A DNA stretch of 60,110 nt from a virus (lineage: Duplodnaviria; Caudoviricetes). The notes under the pieces are model-generated. The model saw only the letters and a list, made by a program, of their open reading frames with translations. It had not been told where the DNA came from and searched no databases. The translations under genes were made by a program, and so were the position numbers. The stretch's first letter is position 1; each line of letters starts with the position of its first letter. The stretch covers positions 1-60,110 of the IMG/VR virus record IMGVR_UViG_3300008110_000109. The stretch is one strand, 5' to 3'. Below, in pieces: positions 35,215 through 45,217 of the stretch.

Positions 35215-36186
35215 ATGACTTTCCTGTCATTGGTACTCTGTCTATTAATGGACAGTTGTTTGCCACGTATCCCGGATGCCCCTATCCGAGTTATATCGGT
35301 AGGGAACACTTATGAACAGGCTAGAGATAACGCCTACAGAGAAGCCGCTGAAACTTTTGTAGGTGCAGTGGTTGTTTCTGATAAAGAAGCGCACAATCAA
35401 AAACTAGTTAAAAATGACATACTAGTTTATAGTGCAGCCTATGTGGATAAGTTTAAATTAATCAGTCAAGAAGAACGTCACGGCAAAGTACATATTGTTA
35501 TTGATGTGTGGCTGAGTCCTAGTAAAATTGCCAACCGAATTCTCTATGCAATTTCTAACGATACAGAATTTGACGGTGCAAGAATGTCTGAACAATATCG
35601 AACGTATATTAAGACCAAAACCCAAGGCGACCAGCTTGTTCAAAAACTTCTAGAACCTTACCCGCAAAATGCTTTTAATATTGAAAAGGTATCGCAGGAG
35701 TTTAAAGTCAACGAAGTTCGAGTTCCATACCTGCACATTATATACAATTTAAAATGGAACAGAGGATACCTCACAGCTTTAGAGGAAGGCATTAATGCAG
35801 TCAGTGATGGCAAGGTTGCCGAAAGAAACTCAGTCTCTAGGATCATGGTAGAGCAAAAACGAGGTTGGACAATTATTGGTAGTATGAAGCCATATTACTT
35901 CAATGACATAAACACCGCAAATTTAATCTATGAAAAGTTTCAGTCTAAAAGAATAGCAGTTCGTCTTACTTTAATGAATAACAATATTCCAGTTTATACA
36001 ACCTGCAATAAAGTATTTCCAAATCGACTGTACACAATTGGCTCTACTGATTTAGATATTAATGGATTAGACAGAGATTCCTTTACGGGTGAATTTAAAA
36101 TTAGCGCACCGCAAAGAAACACATTTGACAGAGTTACTAATGTAGTCCTGTCCATTGATACTGAAGATAGGTGCGCGATTAGATAA
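35215..36186 (+). CDS. Exported hypothetical protein
   Basis: Hydrophobic N-terminus; G.TYEQARDNA.R.A.E pattern. Confidence 0.65.
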   Translation: MTFLSLVLCLLMDSCLPRIPDAPIRVISVGNTYEQARDNAYREAAETFVGAVVVSDKEAHNQKLVKNDILVYSAAYVDKFKLISQEERHGKVHIVIDVWLSPSKIANRILYAISNDTEFDGARMSEQYRTYIKTKTQGDQLVQKLLEPYPQNAFNIEKVSQEFKVNEVRVPYLHIIYNLKWNRGYLTALEEGINAVSDGKVAERNSVSRIMVEQKRGWTIIGSMKPYYFNDINTANLIYEKFQSKRIAVRLTLMNNNIPVYTTCNKVFPNRLYTIGSTDLDINGLDRDSFTGEFKISAPQRNTFDRVTNVVLSIDTEDRCAIR

Positions 36187-36194
36187 GTATTTTG

Positions 36195-37100
36195 ATGTAT
36201 AAAGTAACCAGCAGATGGGGCCACCAAAATTCTGTTAAGGTTGAATGGAATCTAGGAAAACGCTGTAATTACGATTGCAGTTATTGTCCTAGTTCCATTC
36301 ATGATAACACTAGCCCCCATACTCCAATAGAAACTTTAAAAAGTGTAGTTGATAAACTCCTTACTCTTAACAAGCCAGTACGTTTAAGTTTTACTGGCGG
36401 AGAGCCCTGCGTCCATCCCCAATTTGACGAACTAGTGAGATACGCTAGGCACAGAGGTATTCATTGGATTAGTGTAACTACAAACGGTACTAGGCCACCC
36501 GATTTTTATTCTAGTCTACCTATTGATCAATATGTTTTTAGCATACATCTAGAATATGAATGGCAGCGTGTTTATAACTGTGTGAATACTGTACACAAAA
36601 CAACTGAAATAAATGTCATAGCACAAATCATGGCACATTACGATCATATGCCTGCTGTGTTACAATTACGTGCTAAATGTTTATTAGATCATATACCTAG
36701 TACAATAAGACGCATCCGTTGGACAGAAGGCGACCATGACTTATTCGATGATATGCGTTATCATCCAGACGACCTGTTATGGATTAAAGAACAAGATGCA
36801 ACAGTTAAGGAAAATACAGTAATTTTCTTAAAAGAAGAACCTGACATGCCTAGACTCAAACACGCCAACGACATTATTAAATTACATCTCAATCAATATA
36901 AAGGATGGACCTGTAATGCTGGCATAGAAAGTCTTATGATCAACTGGGACGGAGAAGTACATCGTGCCACCTGTAGAGTTGGTGGCAGTCTAGGCAATAT
37001 CTATAACAACACTTTTTTGGTGCCATCTGCACCCGTTACATGCGATAGAAATTTCTGCACCTGTGCCGCAGATATACCGTTAACTAAACAGGCTTTATAG
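36195..37100 (+). CDS. Radical SAM protein with C-terminal SPASM-like Cys
   Basis: CNYDCSYC, TGGEP, CNAG...C. Confidence 0.9.
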   Translation: MYKVTSRWGHQNSVKVEWNLGKRCNYDCSYCPSSIHDNTSPHTPIETLKSVVDKLLTLNKPVRLSFTGGEPCVHPQFDELVRYARHRGIHWISVTTNGTRPPDFYSSLPIDQYVFSIHLEYEWQRVYNCVNTVHKTTEINVIAQIMAHYDHMPAVLQLRAKCLLDHIPSTIRRIRWTEGDHDLFDDMRYHPDDLLWIKEQDATVKENTVIFLKEEPDMPRLKHANDIIKLHLNQYKGWTCNAGIESLMINWDGEVHRATCRVGGSLGNIYNNTFLVPSAPVTCDRNFCTCAADIPLTKQAL

Positions 37101-38067
37101 GAATGAATTTTGTTGTGTTAATTTCAGGTTGGCAGTAACAAAATTCTTTATAGCACGTAGTTGGAATAATATTGGGATTAAATTTCTCTATAAAATTGGT
37201 ATCTAAAATATTGTGTTTATAATTCAAATCATATAGATTCTCTCCGCAGGCACCTTGTAAGTTTCCAACTTTATCAATATACAAGGTATCTATTCCTATA
37301 TTACATTTCCAATTTTTAAATCTATTCAAATTATTTAAAGACAACCAATTATTAGAAACGTTAGTTTTTTTAAAATTATTGTAGGTTATTGTAGGTCGTA
37401 CATTAGGTATTTTTTTAGATCTAAACCAATAAAAAGGATTTGGAATTCTTTTCAAAGATTTAGAAATAAAGTTTTTTTGATCAGCAGTATATGTTATAGT
37501 TTCATGAAATACTTCTAATGCAGTAATTGGCCATCTATACTTACTACGTTTTAATTGATCAATTATATCAAGGCATTTATTCCATTCGTGCGGGTCCATT
37601 AATACCATTGCTGTAAGATTTACATTTTTTTTATAAAGTAAATCTGCTACTGAAATCACATGATCACTTTTAATATACTGGTGATGACAACTAATCATTA
37701 CATGATCAAATAAATGTGCATTATCATTCCACCACCTTAATGTTCTACTACCATTGGTAGAGATACTGACCAACACATCAAAATTTTCCTTGAAGTGTTG
37801 TATAAAAGATTCTATGTTAGGCCATATAGTAGGTTCGCCACCAATAATATGTAATAAAAATTTTGTTTTGTTTTTATTATTTTTATAGTAGTTTAATAAA
37901 AAAGAAAGATTCTGAGTTAAGGGTTCTAAATCTGGCCATTTATGAGTTCCTTCATTGCTACCGGGAAAACAATACCAGCACTTGTAATTGCACATATTAC
38001 TTAAAAACAATTCTATTCTTAAAAAATTAGAATTGACATTTGAATCTATTTTTATAATTTCATTCAT
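37084..38067 (-). CDS. Radical SAM protein
   Basis: CNYKCWYC, GGEPT. Confidence 0.9.
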   Translation of the reverse strand: MNEIIKIDSNVNSNFLRIELFLSNMCNYKCWYCFPGSNEGTHKWPDLEPLTQNLSFLLNYYKNNKNKTKFLLHIIGGEPTIWPNIESFIQHFKENFDVLVSISTNGSRTLRWWNDNAHLFDHVMISCHHQYIKSDHVISVADLLYKKNVNLTAMVLMDPHEWNKCLDIIDQLKRSKYRWPITALEVFHETITYTADQKNFISKSLKRIPNPFYWFRSKKIPNVRPTITYNNFKKTNVSNNWLSLNNLNRFKNWKCNIGIDTLYIDKVGNLQGACGENLYDLNYKHNILDTNFIEKFNPNIIPTTCYKEFCYCQPEINTTKFIPIKPV

Positions 38068-38797
38068 ATAAGTGTTTCATAACATACTTGGCGATTTGAA
38101 TTTGACCGTTAAGATTTGGATGTCCGCCTGCACACATATTATCTTTACATATAATAGACAGGTACTCGTTACCTAAATAATATTTCTGTATATGTGATAA
38201 AAACACATTTGAAAAATTATTGTAGTCATACATTTGAAGTAGTTTAATTTCTATTCCTCTAACAAGACAAAAATCTATAGTACTTAAAATATCTTTATGG
38301 TACTTGCATACTATATGCTCGTCGGGCCAGGATGCTAGTCCTCTAATAGTTGCTCTCTCTGCGGTATCATACGATGTTTCGTCATCGATCACAACTGATG
38401 CCCATTTTGATTCATGAACAAATGGTGTGTCATTATTAGGATACAATGTTCTATAAGGTATTGTACATTGTATCAATACCAGTATATCTTTTGGTTCAAA
38501 CTTTTCCAGCAGCCCTAGTAACTTTTCTTTAGAATTAATATCTATCTGTTCTTGACTGCTACCGCCGTGTGCCTGATTAAGGACATCGATTCCAGTAAGT
38601 TTAGATAGTTGATTAGGCCATGCTGCTTCTTTTTCTGCATAATACAATTCAGACTCTTTACTGAATTCCCCTGCATCATACCATGCAGCTTTTACTTTTC
38701 GAATTTGTTCTAGATTAAGATTAGGAAAAAATTTATCATTAGCAGCTTCTACCCCCGAAGTCCAACTACAGCCATTTGCGTATATTATTTTGTACAT
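38060..38797 (-). CDS. SGNH-like protein
   Basis: ANGCSWT, NQAHGGSS, GHP. Confidence 0.6.
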   Translation of the reverse strand: MYKIIYANGCSWTSGVEAANDKFFPNLNLEQIRKVKAAWYDAGEFSKESELYYAEKEAAWPNQLSKLTGIDVLNQAHGGSSQEQIDINSKEKLLGLLEKFEPKDILVLIQCTIPYRTLYPNNDTPFVHESKWASVVIDDETSYDTAERATIRGLASWPDEHIVCKYHKDILSTIDFCLVRGIEIKLLQMYDYNNFSNVFLSHIQKYYLGNEYLSIICKDNMCAGGHPNLNGQIQIAKYVMKHLYE

Positions 38798-40173
38798 ATA
38801 TGTTTCAACTCCGGGAAGACTTTAGAAAAATTAGTTCCTCGAACGTTATCCATCTTTTCAATATATTCAACAAATGCAGGTAACTGAGCAGTATGGTCTT
38901 CAGCATCCATAAAGTCTAATACTGCTTGCCAGCGTTTCCATCCGTAGGGATTGTGTTTCCAGTAATCTTCATCTTGGCGATAGTTGGTGTACAGCCATGT
39001 AGCTAGATCAGCAAACTTTTGTCTTATTTCAACCTTGTCTTCTTCCGGCAAACATTTAATACTTAAAAATGTAGGAATATACAAAAGGTGCATGTTGATA
39101 ATTCCGCCGCCGGCTTGAATACCGCCAGTGACATTTTCAAAGTTTACTTTCTTAAAATTCTGCTGAATCTTCCACTTGGCTAGTTCAGGCAAGTGTTTGA
39201 TGTTTAATATCTGTATAGCAGTAGCAATACTAACTTGTATGTTGTCAGGAGTATTGTCCAGCTTGTGAAGATTTTGTTCTATTGTAGTCCAATCACTAGG
39301 ATAGCGAATATAGAAATTTCTACTGTCCACTGCGTCAATACTAAATCCTACTTTAACTTTTTTAAACTGTTTCCATAGGTCAATAATATCATCGTCTACT
39401 AATAATCCATTTGTATTGTAGCGTACAAGGATCTTGTCTGCGTAACCCTGTCTAATAATTTCTTCAAGGAACAACTTATGCTCTTTGATCAGCAATGGTT
39501 CACCGCCGGCAAAGTACACCTGCTTGAGGTTAGGAATCTGTGCGTACATCTCTTTCCAAAAGTCTGGATTTTCATACCAGTAGTTGTCAAACGTATCGCT
39601 GTTCCATGACATTTGTTCTTTGAGCTCTTTGGCCTGAAATAACGGATATACTTTTTTGTGATCCGCTACCCACATACTGCTGTCATGTGGACTACACATA
39701 ATACATTTTAAGTTACAGGTATGTCCTAGTCGCAAGTCTAGATAAACTAGTGATTCGGGAACTGTACCATCTTCTTCAGTTTGTTTTATAAGCTCAGGCA
39801 AATCTATACCATCTTCAACCCATGTGCCAGTTTCCCAAATACGCTTACTAGCAACACCGTTAAATTCTTCTTTATGACATTTGGCACAACTAGCAGGAAT
39901 CTTTCCTTCCAACATGGTCAGGCGTACAACCTTCATGTACTCGTTGTTCCAAGCACTCATAGGAGTTTCGCGGCCAAAGTTTGCTGGTCGGCCTGTTTCG
40001 TTTTTTACTAGACCAATTTCGTGGTCAGTGCCTGCTCCACTACTGTTAGCATTACAGCACAATCGCATATCACCGTTAGGACGGGTAGCAAAGTGTATCC
40101 ATGGTAACACACAGAAAGTTTTACTTCCTGTCAGTGTTTCTATTTTATCTTGCCATTGTTTAATTTTATTCAT
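38785..40173 (-). CDS. Radical SAM protein with twitch-like domain (likely start MNKIK)
   Basis: CNLKCIMC, AGGEP, LCC...CAKC. Confidence 0.9.
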   Translation of the reverse strand: MNKIKQWQDKIETLTGSKTFCVLPWIHFATRPNGDMRLCCNANSSGAGTDHEIGLVKNETGRPANFGRETPMSAWNNEYMKVVRLTMLEGKIPASCAKCHKEEFNGVASKRIWETGTWVEDGIDLPELIKQTEEDGTVPESLVYLDLRLGHTCNLKCIMCSPHDSSMWVADHKKVYPLFQAKELKEQMSWNSDTFDNYWYENPDFWKEMYAQIPNLKQVYFAGGEPLLIKEHKLFLEEIIRQGYADKILVRYNTNGLLVDDDIIDLWKQFKKVKVGFSIDAVDSRNFYIRYPSDWTTIEQNLHKLDNTPDNIQVSIATAIQILNIKHLPELAKWKIQQNFKKVNFENVTGGIQAGGGIINMHLLYIPTFLSIKCLPEEDKVEIRQKFADLATWLYTNYRQDEDYWKHNPYGWKRWQAVLDFMDAEDHTAQLPAFVEYIEKMDNVRGTNFSKVFPELKHICTK

Positions 40174-41206
40174 TGCAGTTTTTAGCACATGACCATGGCT
40201 TATTTGGTCCGGTGGTTATTTCATTGAGATTAGACCAAATGCCGTCTTCGATTGCTGTACTATTTAAATTAAAAATTCCTAGACTTTTAAATTTATTTTT
40301 AGTATCTTCAACCATTTTATTTCTTAAACTATGTATAGTAATTTTTTCTTTAAGAGGTTCTTCTAACCAATCACTGCCTACCCAGCAACATGGCAACACG
40401 TTACCTCGACTGTCAATATACAGTTCTTTATTGTTTATACATCTAGGTTTTACTGTAGCAGCAGAAACCTGAGATTCCCAAGATTTAAGATTAGCTGCTA
40501 CTTCTTCTAATTTGATCACAGCTACTTTTTTAAAACGTTCAGTGACAGCAGGTTTAAGACTATATTCATAGTTGCCATTTCTATCCTCAACATTAAACTG
40601 TTCCATGTCATAAAATCTAGCAGTTGATTTAAAATTAACTTTACCAAATCCTATATCTAGCATTTCTTTTTCAAACTGATCTGCTTCGAGCTCGTTATGT
40701 TCAAAAATTAAACAATCAACAGTAGCGTAGCCTCCGGCATCTATAAATGCTTTTGCATTAGCTATAATTTTGTTCCAATCTGTTCCCCGACGATATAATA
40801 CATGACTGTCAGCAAAACCATCTATGCCAAATGTTACTTCGTGTTTGTCTTTGAGTGCTTTTGCTAGATTAGCCCACCATGTTGTAGATCTAGCACTACC
40901 ATTTGTGTGTAGACCTAATCTTACATGAGGGTTGGCGTTACGAATATATTCAAAAATTTCAAGACAGTCTTGTGCTATAATAGGGTCACCATAATTACCA
41001 CAGGCATAAAAATTAGAAAGTTTAGATAGAAAATCTAAAGAGAACCAACTTTTAAATTGATCTAAAGTAATTTCATTTTTTCCAACAAAAGAACGTTCTT
41101 GTCCTCCGTTGTAGTTTCTAGCACACATAGGACAGCTAGCTTGACATTTATCTGTAAGCTCAATGTGCAGTTGTTCTATAAGGTGTAAATGATTTAAGCC
41201 GGGCAT
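40166..41206 (-). CDS. Radical SAM/SPASM protein
   Basis: CQASCPMC, GNYGDP, PCC. Confidence 0.9.
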   Translation of the reverse strand: MPGLNHLHLIEQLHIELTDKCQASCPMCARNYNGGQERSFVGKNEITLDQFKSWFSLDFLSKLSNFYACGNYGDPIIAQDCLEIFEYIRNANPHVRLGLHTNGSARSTTWWANLAKALKDKHEVTFGIDGFADSHVLYRRGTDWNKIIANAKAFIDAGGYATVDCLIFEHNELEADQFEKEMLDIGFGKVNFKSTARFYDMEQFNVEDRNGNYEYSLKPAVTERFKKVAVIKLEEVAANLKSWESQVSAATVKPRCINNKELYIDSRGNVLPCCWVGSDWLEEPLKEKITIHSLRNKMVEDTKNKFKSLGIFNLNSTAIEDGIWSNLNEITTGPNKPWSCAKNCNE

Positions 41207-41379
41207 TTTTCAAGAATAGAAAATACATCGTTGCCTAGTTCTTGTACCACAACTTGATAAGCATTGGGATTTTCTTTTATTTTCAAAAGAGTTTTGTATA
41301 ATACAATATTCTGTTGTTGTATTTCCATAAATTTCTTAATATAAAATGGATCTTGAAAAACTGGATTTTCTTCTGACAT
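41194..41379 (-). CDS. Hypothetical protein (likely start MSEEN)
   Basis: AAGGA RBS; coupled to neighbours. Confidence 0.6.
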   Translation of the reverse strand: MSEENPVFQDPFYIKKFMEIQQQNIVLYKTLLKIKENPNAYQVVVQELGNDVFSILEKCPA

Positions 41380-41993
41380 TAAAATTTCCTTTGTGAATAA
41401 CCAACTCTCGGTCTGTCTGCAAAGAAACAACTGGCAATCCATTTACAGCCTTTGGTTATCAAAGTGCTTTCATGTATAGTTGACCAATTTGTTTCTTCAT
41501 CGTAATTTTGTTGAAAATATAAAAATGAGCCAGCTTTGGGTTTTATAGAAACATTATACTTTGGAAACAGAGTATCTCCTCCACTCATATCATCATTAAA
41601 ATAAAAAATCCCAGTACCTACTCTATCGCCGCCATGTTTGTAATAGTTAATCTGCCTTGGATCGTACGGATAGTCGTGATGAAGATCTAAATAACGTCCT
41701 TCAGGATAGTTATAGATATCAATTGCCTCAATATGATTGAAAGGAATTTTAGCGCATCGAACAATCGCACTGGCTAACTTGTCATAGTGATGCGGATCCA
41801 TACCCCAGCTTATACCTCTGTTCTCAACTAGTTCAGTAACCTGTGCATAAGATTCTTGTCTACTCTGTGTTCCACTGTTTGGATTCATAGTGTCTTTAGT
41901 GTGTTTGGCAATAATCTCTTGACAAAGGTCTAAAGAGATAGCATCTTCAAACACAGATATTCTAGGTGCCTCTAAATAAACAATTTCTTTCAT
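41379..41993 (-). CDS. Prolyl 4-hydroxylase-like 2OG-Fe(II) oxygenase
   Basis: HHD, GGDTLFP, HE...G.KW. Confidence 0.85.
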   Translation of the reverse strand: MKEIVYLEAPRISVFEDAISLDLCQEIIAKHTKDTMNPNSGTQSRQESYAQVTELVENRGISWGMDPHHYDKLASAIVRCAKIPFNHIEAIDIYNYPEGRYLDLHHDYPYDPRQINYYKHGGDRVGTGIFYFNDDMSGGDTLFPKYNVSIKPKAGSFLYFQQNYDEETNWSTIHESTLITKGCKWIASCFFADRPRVGYSQRKF

Positions 41994-42718
41994 AGTGTCT
42001 CTTCTAGTAATTTTTCTATCTCTGCGGTTAATGCTAATGGGTCAGTCATGTGATCAAAGCTTAACACAGTTGACCCAACACAATTAATAAGATACTTATG
42101 AAAGTTCCATTGAGGTGCATGTCCTGTCTTTTCAGATAACATTTTATAAAGAGAATGCACAGAGTTATCTGTGTCTTCTAGTTGCTGGCCTGGCTGTATA
42201 CTGTCTTTGTTAACACAGTTAATCTTTTCCATGACCTTAAATGTTACACCATAATTGAGTTTACAAAAAGGTTCAATTTCACTATTAGTTAAAGGTTCTT
42301 GACCTGCAAAGTTGTTTGTTGGAAATGCTATCACTGCCAGGCCCTTGTCTTTGTAAAGTTGATGTAGTTTTTCTAAACTTTCATACTGGGGAGTTAATCC
42401 ACATTTACTTGCAGTATTAACTACTAACACTACCTGCCCAAGGTATTGAGAAAAATGAATCTTTTCTCCCTTAAGACTAACCATTTCATGATCATAAAAA
42501 CTTAAATCTTGTGTCTCGGTCACTTCGATATCCTCTGCTTCTAATCCTAACGAACCTTCAACTCGAGTAAATTTAACTTTTTGAAATTCAAATAAAGTTT
42601 GAGGGTTAGTTTTTACCTTCCACTTTTCTGCAAAGACTTGCCGTCTGTCGGTGTCAGATATAATAAACCCTATACCCTTGGCGTCATTAAACCATTTTAC
42701 TGTTCCGCTGTCTATCAT
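41990..42718 (-). CDS. Cold-shock domain fused to glutathione peroxidase
   Basis: GTVKWFNDAKGIGFI; VNTASKCGLTPQY, FPTNNF, WNFHKYL. Confidence 0.85.
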   Translation of the reverse strand: MIDSGTVKWFNDAKGIGFIISDTDRRQVFAEKWKVKTNPQTLFEFQKVKFTRVEGSLGLEAEDIEVTETQDLSFYDHEMVSLKGEKIHFSQYLGQVVLVVNTASKCGLTPQYESLEKLHQLYKDKGLAVIAFPTNNFAGQEPLTNSEIEPFCKLNYGVTFKVMEKINCVNKDSIQPGQQLEDTDNSVHSLYKMLSEKTGHAPQWNFHKYLINCVGSTVLSFDHMTDPLALTAEIEKLLEETL

Positions 42719-42721
42719 AAA

Positions 42722-43282
42722 TCACCAAAAGTTAAAAAGATATTTAGGACCTAGGCCTGCGTTAACTCCTGCATGCCAATATCGTCTACTGTCCCATTTA
42801 TAGGTAGCACCCTGTGGTTGATTATAAAAACATTGATTATCTACCAGTACCGCATGTCCAAATGCTGGCTGCGTAATATGACAATGAAATCTAATCTTAT
42901 CTGGCTCTAACATAAACTGTGCTTCGTTGTCGTGAACGTCCCAGTGCAATGGAGCCATCTTACCTGGATGTATTCTACTGATCCATGCAGTATTCCATGT
43001 CTTCATACCAACGAAGTCAGCAAACTTTTCAACAACTTCAATAGAAAAATTCTTTTCAGGCAAGAACATATCCCACTCAACTGTGCCGCCATCTTTGAAT
43101 AACTTATATCCTGCATTTTCCCATGCGTCTAGAACAGCATCAAGGCCGGGAACATTGTCTCCACGTTTGTGACTAGGTCCTACATAAGCAGGCTCTTGAT
43201 CTTTTATATGGTCAATTACTGCATCCCAGTCAATAATATTACCAAGAATTTTACCACAATTTCCAATATACTCTACAGTCAT
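42722..43282 (-). CDS. 2OG-Fe(II) oxygenase/cupin-like protein
   Basis: PLHWD...WHAGVN. Confidence 0.65.
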   Translation of the reverse strand: MTVEYIGNCGKILGNIIDWDAVIDHIKDQEPAYVGPSHKRGDNVPGLDAVLDAWENAGYKLFKDGGTVEWDMFLPEKNFSIEVVEKFADFVGMKTWNTAWISRIHPGKMAPLHWDVHDNEAQFMLEPDKIRFHCHITQPAFGHAVLVDNQCFYNQPQGATYKWDSRRYWHAGVNAGLGPKYLFNFW

Positions 43283-43902
43283 TTTTTGTATCCTAAAAAA
43301 TGAAACAAATAATAAGTTTCAAATCCGCTGTTAGCAGCAGCATGCCAATTCTTTCTATGCTTCCATTGATAGATACTGTGTTTCTTTTCGTTATAAAAAC
43401 AATGCTCATCTACCATAAGAAAGTGGCCAGGCTGTTGTTCTTGCATAAAACATACATATCTTACAAGATCTAAATCTTTCCACTCTTTTTCTTTGTCTTC
43501 TAAATCCCAATGGTAAGGAACTGTTACACCTGGACGTACTTCACTGACAAATACACGCAGAGGTTCTGCATTGACAATTTTTGCAAATTGATTTTGTATT
43601 TCAATATCAAAATGCTCGCCTGGATAATAATCCATCCATATAATATCTTGTATTCTATAGTTTGCGTTACGCCATATGCTTATTAAATCATAGAAGCAAT
43701 CGCCTAGATCGTCATCATCTTCAGGTGCAGGATCGTTAGTAAAAAATGTAAAGGGTCTGCCTTCTCGTATAGGTACATCACCGTCAGCTATCATAACGCT
43801 ATTATTATCTCCGTTAGTAGCACCATTAATTTCAGCAATTATTTTGTCCCAGTCTATTAGTCCTTCAGTAGACCCAGCATGAGAATGTACGTTTTTGTTC
43901 AT
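43279..43902 (-). CDS. 2OG-Fe(II) oxygenase/cupin-like protein
   Basis: PYHWD...WHAAAN. Confidence 0.65.
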   Translation of the reverse strand: MNKNVHSHAGSTEGLIDWDKIIAEINGATNGDNNSVMIADGDVPIREGRPFTFFTNDPAPEDDDDLGDCFYDLISIWRNANYRIQDIIWMDYYPGEHFDIEIQNQFAKIVNAEPLRVFVSEVRPGVTVPYHWDLEDKEKEWKDLDLVRYVCFMQEQQPGHFLMVDEHCFYNEKKHSIYQWKHRKNWHAAANSGFETYYLFHFLGYKK

Positions 43903-44525
43903 GGCTTGTATCCTAGATAATGAAATAGATAATAAGGTTTAAAACCACAATTTACACCAGCATGCCAATTCTTTCTACTGCGCCATTGATAGATTGAATT
44001 TTTAGGAAGACCGTACATTATTTCCTCATCTAAAAAAAGCAAATGGCCTGGCTCTTGCTCTTGCATAAAACATACATAACGGACCATCTCTCCTAGTTTG
44101 ACCCATTCTACTTCAAAGTCTTCAATGTCCCAGTGATACGGAACCATCTTACCAGGACGCACTTCACTGACAAATACACGCAGAGGCTTGGCGCCTACTA
44201 GTTCTTCAAACTTCTGTTGTACTGAATAATCAAAATGCTGTCCAGGGTAGTAGTCATACCATTCTATATCACTTAATCTATAATTGGCTTTTTCCCAAAT
44301 AGAAATAAGATCATAGTAACTTTGCGTAAGACCTGTTACGTCTTCTTGTTTAACTTGAATATCTGCATCTTTAAACAGCTCACCCGATTCTATATTATCG
44401 TCTACACGTTCCATAACTGTGCTTACGCTGTTGCGATCAGGGTTAGGCGAGTTTTGACAGGACAATATAACTTCGTCCCAATTTATAACGCTTTCTGTAG
44501 AAGTTATAAACTTATGTCTGCTCAT
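43899..44525 (-). CDS. 2OG-Fe(II) oxygenase/cupin-like protein (likely start MSRHK)
   Basis: PYHWD...WHAGVN; close paralog of 43279-43902. Confidence 0.65.
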   Translation of the reverse strand: MSRHKFITSTESVINWDEVILSCQNSPNPDRNSVSTVMERVDDNIESGELFKDADIQVKQEDVTGLTQSYYDLISIWEKANYRLSDIEWYDYYPGQHFDYSVQQKFEELVGAKPLRVFVSEVRPGKMVPYHWDIEDFEVEWVKLGEMVRYVCFMQEQEPGHLLFLDEEIMYGLPKNSIYQWRSRKNWHAGVNCGFKPYYLFHYLGYKP

Positions 44526-45216
44526 GCTTAAAAATCTCTTTGTATACAAATTCCATGCTATGCTTCCCCCACATTACATGGTGTTGCATTGAGTTACGAA
44601 ACATTATTTCTAGATTATAATTACCATCAGTGTTTATACCGCCCGTTTCGTCTAATCGAAATCTAGCAGTTGGATGTATAATTGAATCCATTACTGCCCC
44701 TGGAATATACGGATTTGTCACCGGCACACAACCATACCAATCTATTGATCGCATGTTTGCATCGTCGTCTATATAATGACAGTGGGGATACATTGTTAGT
44801 TTGTAGACGCCTTTATTGTAGAGGTCTACCATGATATTTTTAATTTGATCTTGCCAGTCGAGGCAAACTTCGTTTAAATTTCTACCGCTGTAGATAATTT
44901 CATTACAGGTTTCTTTATACCATTTTAAAAATATCTTTTTTGAACTGTAGTCAATGTCTATAATTTCAGGTGCATACTTGCTGCCTTGAAATTTTAAAAT
45001 GTTGTTAACTTCATTTTCCCAAAACCAATTAACTGTATGTTCTGTATATAGAGGTCTGTTAGCAGTTTCAGCTTTTTGATATTTGTTATTGATGTTATAG
45101 TTTTTGCAAAATATTTTACCGTCTGGACTTATTAAAGGCTCGTAAGTTTGTTGGGCCATACATCGTCGGCCATCTGCATCTAATTTATAAAAACGAAACC
45201 ATTTGTCTACATTCAT
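44512..45216 (-). CDS. Hypothetical protein, possibly protein-kinase-like fold
   Basis: Paralog of 28694-29389; APEIIDID, IDWY. Confidence 0.45.
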   Translation of the reverse strand: MNVDKWFRFYKLDADGRRCMAQQTYEPLISPDGKIFCKNYNINNKYQKAETANRPLYTEHTVNWFWENEVNNILKFQGSKYAPEIIDIDYSSKKIFLKWYKETCNEIIYSGRNLNEVCLDWQDQIKNIMVDLYNKGVYKLTMYPHCHYIDDDANMRSIDWYGCVPVTNPYIPGAVMDSIIHPTARFRLDETGGINTDGNYNLEIMFRNSMQHHVMWGKHSMEFVYKEIFKHEQT

Positions 45217-45217
45217 T

